Assembly (NCBI GenBank): GCA_030648835.1
Contig: JAUSGT010000002.1
Coordinates: 266,081 to 307,457 of the forward strand
DNA from: Candidatus Moraniibacteriota bacterium
GTDB lineage: Bacteria; Patescibacteriota; Minisyncoccia; Moranbacterales; UBA1568
Length of the DNA: 41,377 nucleotides
Reading direction: 5' to 3'
Shown: one piece after another, positions 36,348-41,377 of the stretch
Layout of the letters: each line of letters starts with the position of its first letter
Numbering within the stretch: the stretch's first letter is position 1
Notes under the pieces: model-generated
Databases searched by the model: none
What the model was told of the DNA's origin: nothing
Seen by the model: only the letters and a program-made list of their open reading frames with translations
Program-made: the position numbers and the translations under genes

Positions 36348-36384
36348 GACACGGGGACTCGTCGCAAGACGGGTTTTCTTGTTT
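36348..36384 (+). repeat. repeat A copy 3
   Basis: 35/37 identical to copy 1. Confidence 0.92.
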
Positions 36385-36390
36385 GATGTT

Positions 36391-36434
36391 CGCTTTTCGG
36401 AAAGGATGACCACAACCGGCATCCTTTTTGATTT
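36391..36434 (+). repeat. repeat B copy 1 (terminator-like hairpin)
   Basis: cgcttttcggaaaggatgaccacaaccggcatcctttttgattt. Confidence 0.85.
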
Positions 36435-36528
36435 TCTCCCCATTGACTTTGTTCAAAGAAGACGTATAATATCTTCTTGTACCTTTTTATTTGATGTATT
36501 CACCGCACGCTCACTTGGGGGAATAATC

Positions 36529-36909
36529 ATGCCGAAAGAAAAATGGAATCCCGAGAAATACCCACCAGCGTTGCTGGAGGCGGCGGCATTGCAATCGTTA
36601 TTGAATGCCATCGGCTATGATCTGCAGACAGAAATATTTTTGGGGATCGGTGATGAGTGTTTGTATGTCACTCTGCGGATTGCCGACCATGGGGATGTCC
36701 ATTTCCCTGTAGGCACCTTTGAACAATCGCCACAAGAAATATATGAACTGGCGGTGGAGGCGTTTCGCGATTGGAATACACTGACTACGAACTCCGAAAG
36801 AGAGAGCATCGTCAATGCTTCTCGGGCGAGGCATAATATGCCGAAAATCATCTTCGCGTTGATGTTGCTCGGACTTTGCGGGCCACGTTCGAAGCCGACG
36901 TTACACTAG
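36529..36909 (+). CDS. hypothetical protein
   Basis: TTGACT-16-TATAAT promoter at 36443-36470, GGGGGA RBS, ATG at 36529. Confidence 0.65.
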   Translation: MPKEKWNPEKYPPALLEAAALQSLLNAIGYDLQTEIFLGIGDECLYVTLRIADHGDVHFPVGTFEQSPQEIYELAVEAFRDWNTLTTNSERESIVNASRARHNMPKIIFALMLLGLCGPRSKPTLH

Positions 36910-36943
36910 CCCTCGACGTTATTGAAAAAACACAGGAGAACAA

Positions 36944-36987
36944 CGCTTTCTCGAAAAGGATGACCACACCGGCATCCTTTTTGATTT
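36944..36987 (+). repeat. repeat B copy 2
   Basis: cgctttctcgaaaaggatgaccacaccggcatcctttttgattt. Confidence 0.85.
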
Positions 36988-37009
36988 GTATACATTTTTA
37001 ACTTTTCAA

Positions 37010-37450
37010 CTATCGCTCGTGATCGACTTTGCCGTTGTTGATTATGCCTACGGCGCGTGAGAGATAACGGTACCGTATCTGTAGGGGATGCGTTTTGTTT
37101 TGTGGTGCGTACGCTGTTAGTAGAGCCACGATCGGGATAAGATCTCGACGGGCAGGTTCTCTTATTGGATGGTGCGGAGCGGCTGCAGGAGCAAGGTCTG
37201 TGATAGCATAGAGTGTTTTTATTGGGTAGTGGGCCTCAAAGGCATTCATTAAACTTACGAGTTCTTGAATTTTTTGTTCACACTCCTCAGGGCTTGGCTG
37301 GGTAATCTCTGGTTCATTGGCATATTTTACTAGCCATTCAGGTGCTTGTTCCGTATGCGCCGGACTAAGTTCAGCCACGTTGGTTCTGGCATGGGCTTTT
37401 GGCTCCTGCTCCGGTGTCGGGATGGGTTTGGGAAATTCGTTTTCGTTCAT
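37010..37450 (-). CDS. hypothetical protein
   Basis: ATG at 37450; C-terminal LSRAVGIINNGKVDH. Confidence 0.6.
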   Translation of the reverse strand: MNENEFPKPIPTPEQEPKAHARTNVAELSPAHTEQAPEWLVKYANEPEITQPSPEECEQKIQELVSLMNAFEAHYPIKTLYAITDLAPAAAPHHPIREPARRDLIPIVALLTAYAPQNKTHPLQIRYRYLSRAVGIINNGKVDHER

Positions 37451-37612
37451 ATGAATAAGTGTATCATTTACCACCAAATTGAACCACCGGGAAATCCAGT
37501 CCATAGGAAGGCTCTCCCTCAGGGCGATCGAGATCTCTTGTAATTCTGATGTACTTCAAATTTTTCCGAAAAGTGGTATAATAATGATGGAGTCTTGGTA
37601 AAAACAAAAAAT

Positions 37613-38044
37613 ATGTTTAACATAAAAAAAGGTACCGCCTTGATCGCGGTGGTGGTGTTGGTGAGCGTTTTCGTTTACTATCGCTACGCGGTAAAGATAC
37701 TGCAGGTGAACAAGGGTGAGAATACGACGCCGGTGACGGATATGCTTCCGGTCGGAGCGAAGAAAGTGAGTGCGGTCGTCAAATATATGGCGACTGAGGA
37801 CAAGGAGGACGAATTACGATTTGTCCTGACCGTCGACAAGAGCGGAATAATTACCGAGTTGGCTACCCTGGACGCCAAGACGAATGAAGTACCGGAAAAG
37901 AAAAAAGATTTCAACCGGCAGGTCTCGGTGATGATTGTCGGAAAGAAGTTGAGCGAGCTGACAGCTATCGATAATGTTGCCAAATCAACACTTACTACAA
38001 AAGCTTTCAATAGTGTGGTTGATCAGCTGAAAGCCCAATTGTAA
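37613..38044 (+). CDS. membrane-anchored FMN-binding-domain-like protein
   Basis: N-terminal TM helix, LTVD..G.IT, C-terminal IDNVAKSTLTTKAF resembling the flavinylation motif; directly upstream of apbE. Confidence 0.7.
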   Translation: MFNIKKGTALIAVVVLVSVFVYYRYAVKILQVNKGENTTPVTDMLPVGAKKVSAVVKYMATEDKEDELRFVLTVDKSGIITELATLDAKTNEVPEKKKDFNRQVSVMIVGKKLSELTAIDNVAKSTLTTKAFNSVVDQLKAQL

Positions 38045-38047
38045 GCG

Positions 38048-38908
38048 ATGGAAGAATTTACTTTTACCGGACTGGGGACGGAGTGGTCGCTTGCAGTCGA
38101 CGGTAAACAGCTTGAGGACCAGGTACGGAAAGACGTAGTTCAATATGTTCAGGATTTCGAAAACCGCTTCTCGCGGTTTTTGCCGTTATCAGAGGTGAAT
38201 GCTTTCCGCACATCACCAGCCGGCGATTATATTCTTTCTCAAGAATTTTCACTTTTGCTGGCTCGGGCGGACCGACTTAGAATTTTAACCAATAGTGCCT
38301 ATGATCCGGCGGTGGCCAGTATCTTGGAAGATGCCGGGTATGGTGCAAAGAGCGGTATGGAAAAAATCAAACAGCCTCACATTCCGAAGTGGGCTCTTGT
38401 TGGTAATAAGCTAACCATCGACAGTCCGATTGCGTTTGATCTCGGCGGTATTGGCAAGGGATACTGTATCGATCAGGTAGCCGATGTACTCAAACATTTC
38501 GGTTACGATTATTATCTGGTTGACGGTGGAGGAGATATGGCGGGAACTACGAAAGCGGATGGGAGCGCGTGGCGGGTAGCGGTCGAGTATCCGGGAAAAC
38601 CGGACACAGCCGCGAGCATTGTGCATCTGAAGCATCAGGGAATCGCTGTGTCCGATAGTTTCCGCCGCCGCTTCGGGAAGTGGCATCACCTGATTGATAT
38701 GCAGGAAAAAAAGCCGGTGGAAAAAGTCATCGGTTGTGCGGCGGTGGCGCAGGATGCTTGGGCAGCCGACTGTATGACCTCCGGACTTTTCTTCGCGCCG
38801 CCGGAGAATTATCCCGCATTGGCAGAGGAATTTGAGGCTACCTATATCGTTTTTCAGAGCGATGGGACGACCACAGTGAACTCCGATTGGCAGGGGGAAT
38901 TGTTATAA
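38048..38908 (+). CDS. apbE: FAD:protein FMN transferase
   Basis: SRF...SE, YDPAV, DLGGIGKGY..D, VDGGGD, W.VAV..P, HHLID, ADC..S. Confidence 0.92.
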   Translation: MEEFTFTGLGTEWSLAVDGKQLEDQVRKDVVQYVQDFENRFSRFLPLSEVNAFRTSPAGDYILSQEFSLLLARADRLRILTNSAYDPAVASILEDAGYGAKSGMEKIKQPHIPKWALVGNKLTIDSPIAFDLGGIGKGYCIDQVADVLKHFGYDYYLVDGGGDMAGTTKADGSAWRVAVEYPGKPDTAASIVHLKHQGIAVSDSFRRRFGKWHHLIDMQEKKPVEKVIGCAAVAQDAWAADCMTSGLFFAPPENYPALAEEFEATYIVFQSDGTTTVNSDWQGELL

Positions 38909-39026
38909 ATAGGGTTTGACTTTCTATCGCTTTTTTGGGATACTCGGGTGAAGTTCGTTAAGAATTTTTGTTTTCCAAATGGCTTAAGAAAGCCGTTTTT
39001 CGTTCACACACTGCGAGGGCTGAATC

Positions 39027-40472
39027 ATGAAGAATGGACATGAAAATACTGCGCTGGCTACTGCAATATCGATGCTTTCAAACGTATCGAATGGGCAAAA
39101 TCGGATGTTACAGATGCCGGGGGATGGACGTTATCAACCCAAAGAGCTCAAGGCTTACTTGGGCTACGATCAATGGGTCGGCTGGCTCATCATCGTGGAG
39201 TGGTTTTGGATGAGGACCTTGGCACAGATGAAAGTAATGCCGGAAGAAGATGCCGCGTTACTTACTGAAGAAAGATTATCTGTTTTGCTTCTTGAGATAA
39301 CGACAACGAGGCAGGATGCCAAGGAAAAGGCATCGGGAGGACACGATATATTGGCGTTGCTTGCGCTTATGCGTGAGCATCTGCCTAAAGAGCTCCATCG
39401 CTGGCTGCATTTCTGCGCAACATCGTACGATATTATCAACACGGCGTATGCGCTCCAACTCAAAGCGACTTTCGAACAAGTGTTTGTGCCCAAGCTACAA
39501 GACTTGGATGCATTGTGGCGCGGCAAGACTGCCGATAACGCGATGGTGTTGCAGTCTGGAAGGACTCACCTGCAAACAGCCTTACCGGTAACGGTTGGTT
39601 TCTGGTTGGCAAACCTCCACAACCGTTTTGTGAATTCTGCCCGCAAGGCGCTTCAGCTGTCGAAAGAGGTCCCCGGAAAGTTTAGTGGGGCTGTCGGTAC
39701 TTCCGCTTCTCAAAGGGGGCTTGTTGATTCCAGAGGAGGAGAGCGTTGGCTTATGCAAATGCTTGGTCTCCCGGTAGCTGAAGTGAGCACGCAAATCACC
39801 CCGCCCGAAGGGATGGCCAGGTTTTACCATGAGCTCGTACTCCTTTCGGGAGCGCTTGCCAATCTTGGCGAGGATACACGCATACTGCAAAGTTCGCAGT
39901 TTGGTGAAATCGTGAGCGTCAGCTCAACGTCGTCGGCCATGTCGCACAAGATGGCCAATCCGATTGCGGCGGAAAATGTTGCCGGTATGCATGTGACGGT
40001 TATCGCCGAGTTTATGAAAATATTAATGACTCTCGTGAGTGATCTTCAGCGCGATTTGCGCGGGTCAAGCGTCATGAGAAGCTACTCGGCTGTAGCGGTC
40101 TATGTCTATCAGCAAATCCTGACTGCTGAGCGGTTACTCAAAAGCCTTATGGTGGATAAAGCTCGGTGTCGGGAAAACTTCCATACGCAGGAGCGATTGG
40201 TGGTGGCTGAACTGCTCCATCTTTTTCTCCAACGTGAAGGTTTGCCGGAGGCACATCATTTTGTGAACACGAAAGTTATCCCGCAGGCCATAGCGTCCGA
40301 TATGAATCTTTACCAGGTGATGCAAGGTTTGGTCAGTGACAGTGGGCCGATTACCGTGGAAATCTGGCGTCATTTACAGGACAGCAACATCGTTTCCTAC
40401 CTAACGTCGCCGGAGAAGTATATTGGTGACGCAGTGGAAATCGCTTACCATGAAGCCGAGAATAAGTTTTAA
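39027..40472 (+). CDS. purB: adenylosuccinate lyase-like (fumarase/aspartase superfamily)
   Basis: DGRY, HD, H...TS.DI..TA, GRTHLQ.A.P, K.SGAVG, SSAMSHK.NP..AEN, QRDL..S...R. Confidence 0.75.
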   Translation: MKNGHENTALATAISMLSNVSNGQNRMLQMPGDGRYQPKELKAYLGYDQWVGWLIIVEWFWMRTLAQMKVMPEEDAALLTEERLSVLLLEITTTRQDAKEKASGGHDILALLALMREHLPKELHRWLHFCATSYDIINTAYALQLKATFEQVFVPKLQDLDALWRGKTADNAMVLQSGRTHLQTALPVTVGFWLANLHNRFVNSARKALQLSKEVPGKFSGAVGTSASQRGLVDSRGGERWLMQMLGLPVAEVSTQITPPEGMARFYHELVLLSGALANLGEDTRILQSSQFGEIVSVSSTSSAMSHKMANPIAAENVAGMHVTVIAEFMKILMTLVSDLQRDLRGSSVMRSYSAVAVYVYQQILTAERLLKSLMVDKARCRENFHTQERLVVAELLHLFLQREGLPEAHHFVNTKVIPQAIASDMNLYQVMQGLVSDSGPITVEIWRHLQDSNIVSYLTSPEKYIGDAVEIAYHEAENKF

Positions 40473-40764
40473 GCTCGCGCACCGCGTGTGACGCAAACAC
40501 CCTGACCTCCGTTACGATAGTCCTACAAGGATACTATCGGAAGCGGGGGCAGGGATTTTTATTTGACTTTTTTTTCAAGGTTGGGTATTCTTTTCGTATA
40601 GAAGTATTTATCAAGTACGGATGTATGCACGGTAATAGAGTTTTCATTATTAAGGCAAAGACAAGCTCATTTTTGAGGGCTGGTTTTTGACTTTCTTCCG
40701 ACTTACAGGAAATTTCAAACGAGCTCTCAAAAGGAGCTCGTTTTCTTTTTCCTGGGAGGTATAC

Positions 40765-41061
40765 ATGAATGATATGCGGATCTTTAACAATCAGGCGCTT
40801 CAGAGGGACGAAGAAGTTGAACGCTTTCATAATGCTTTTGAGGAGATCAAGGAGGCTATGCTGGATAAAGAAGGACGCTATCCAGTCGGCACCGTCATTC
40901 GGACGCATGGCTACGTTTTCCAACGTATCAGGTTCGAATGGATCCTACGGCCGCATGATTATCTTTCTCATAGGGAAGTGATGGATCGGTATCCGACAGA
41001 AGAAGAGCGTAAGTCTTACTATGTTTGGTACAATTCCAAAATACGCACTCCTTCATTCTGA
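40765..41061 (+). CDS. small hypothetical protein
   Basis: GGAGGT RBS before the ATG at 40765; hairpin with T tract downstream. Confidence 0.6.
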   Translation: MNDMRIFNNQALQRDEEVERFHNAFEEIKEAMLDKEGRYPVGTVIRTHGYVFQRIRFEWILRPHDYLSHREVMDRYPTEEERKSYYVWYNSKIRTPSF

Positions 41062-41112
41062 TGAAGCGCCAAATCAACTCTCCCGGGGCAGAGCCTTGTT
41101 CCGGGGTTTCTT

Positions 41113-41170
41113 TTTACCCAGTGAAATTCCGCCTGAAGCGGACTGGTCGCGCCGGATTTCACGGGGTGAA
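41113..41170. repeat. small inverted-repeat element containing a tccgc..gcgga mini-hairpin
   Basis: tttacccagtgaaat ... atttcacggggtgaa enclosing two hairpins. Confidence 0.6.
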
Positions 41171-41377
41171 CCTTTTTAGTAGTCGGGGTTGCCTTTCCTT
41201 AGCTCTTTTGTTAAGCTATGGCCATAGGAGGCCAGACTTAAATGTTTGGCTTTTCGTTGCTTAACATGTACTTTCGCGAAGGAGCGAAAATGAACCAAGA
41301 CAACAATCAAAGCAAACGCAGAATCGCCATTCTTCACGGCTCTGACAGTGATAAGTCTCAAATGACTCTGGGGGTAG

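Noticed and set aside
34170-36384. 37-bp palindromic repeats as a CRISPR array
   Set aside because: Intervals are 0.8-1.4 kb and contain whole genes; no cas genes; the hairpin plus T tract fits a terminator.

Overview
Core chromosomal region of a Patescibacteria/CPR bacterium (Parcubacteria-like, inferred from the 16S signatures and gene content). It carries translation and transcription genes (prmC-prfA, rpmE, rpsB-tsf, rpmG, infA-rpmJ-rpsM-rpsK-rpsD-rpoA-rplQ-rplM-rpsI), five tRNAs, scattered nucleotide-synthesis genes (purD, pyrF-pyrE, purB-like), isoprenoid genes, and a stand-alone 16S rRNA gene with no linked 23S. Main observations: (1) a 953-nt six-domain group II intron at 16S position 1399/1400 that encodes a LAGLIDADG endonuclease instead of a reverse transcriptase and has a non-canonical 5' end, a CGU triad and no clear branch A; (2) a tRNA-Tyr split by a 201-nt group I intron inside the anticodon, with a free-standing HTH-LAGLIDADG-like gene 4 nt upstream; (3) single accessory genes downstream of the 16S, each delimited by duplicated terminator hairpins; (4) several families of tiny palindromic or repeat elements, including a 30-bp in-frame insertion in rpsK and elements that make both inverted and direct copies of gene 3' ends; (5) an unannotated 26-aa highly basic peptide with a perfect Shine-Dalgarno; (6) an RpoA without a recognisable alpha-CTD. 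All calls come from manual reading; no searches were run.
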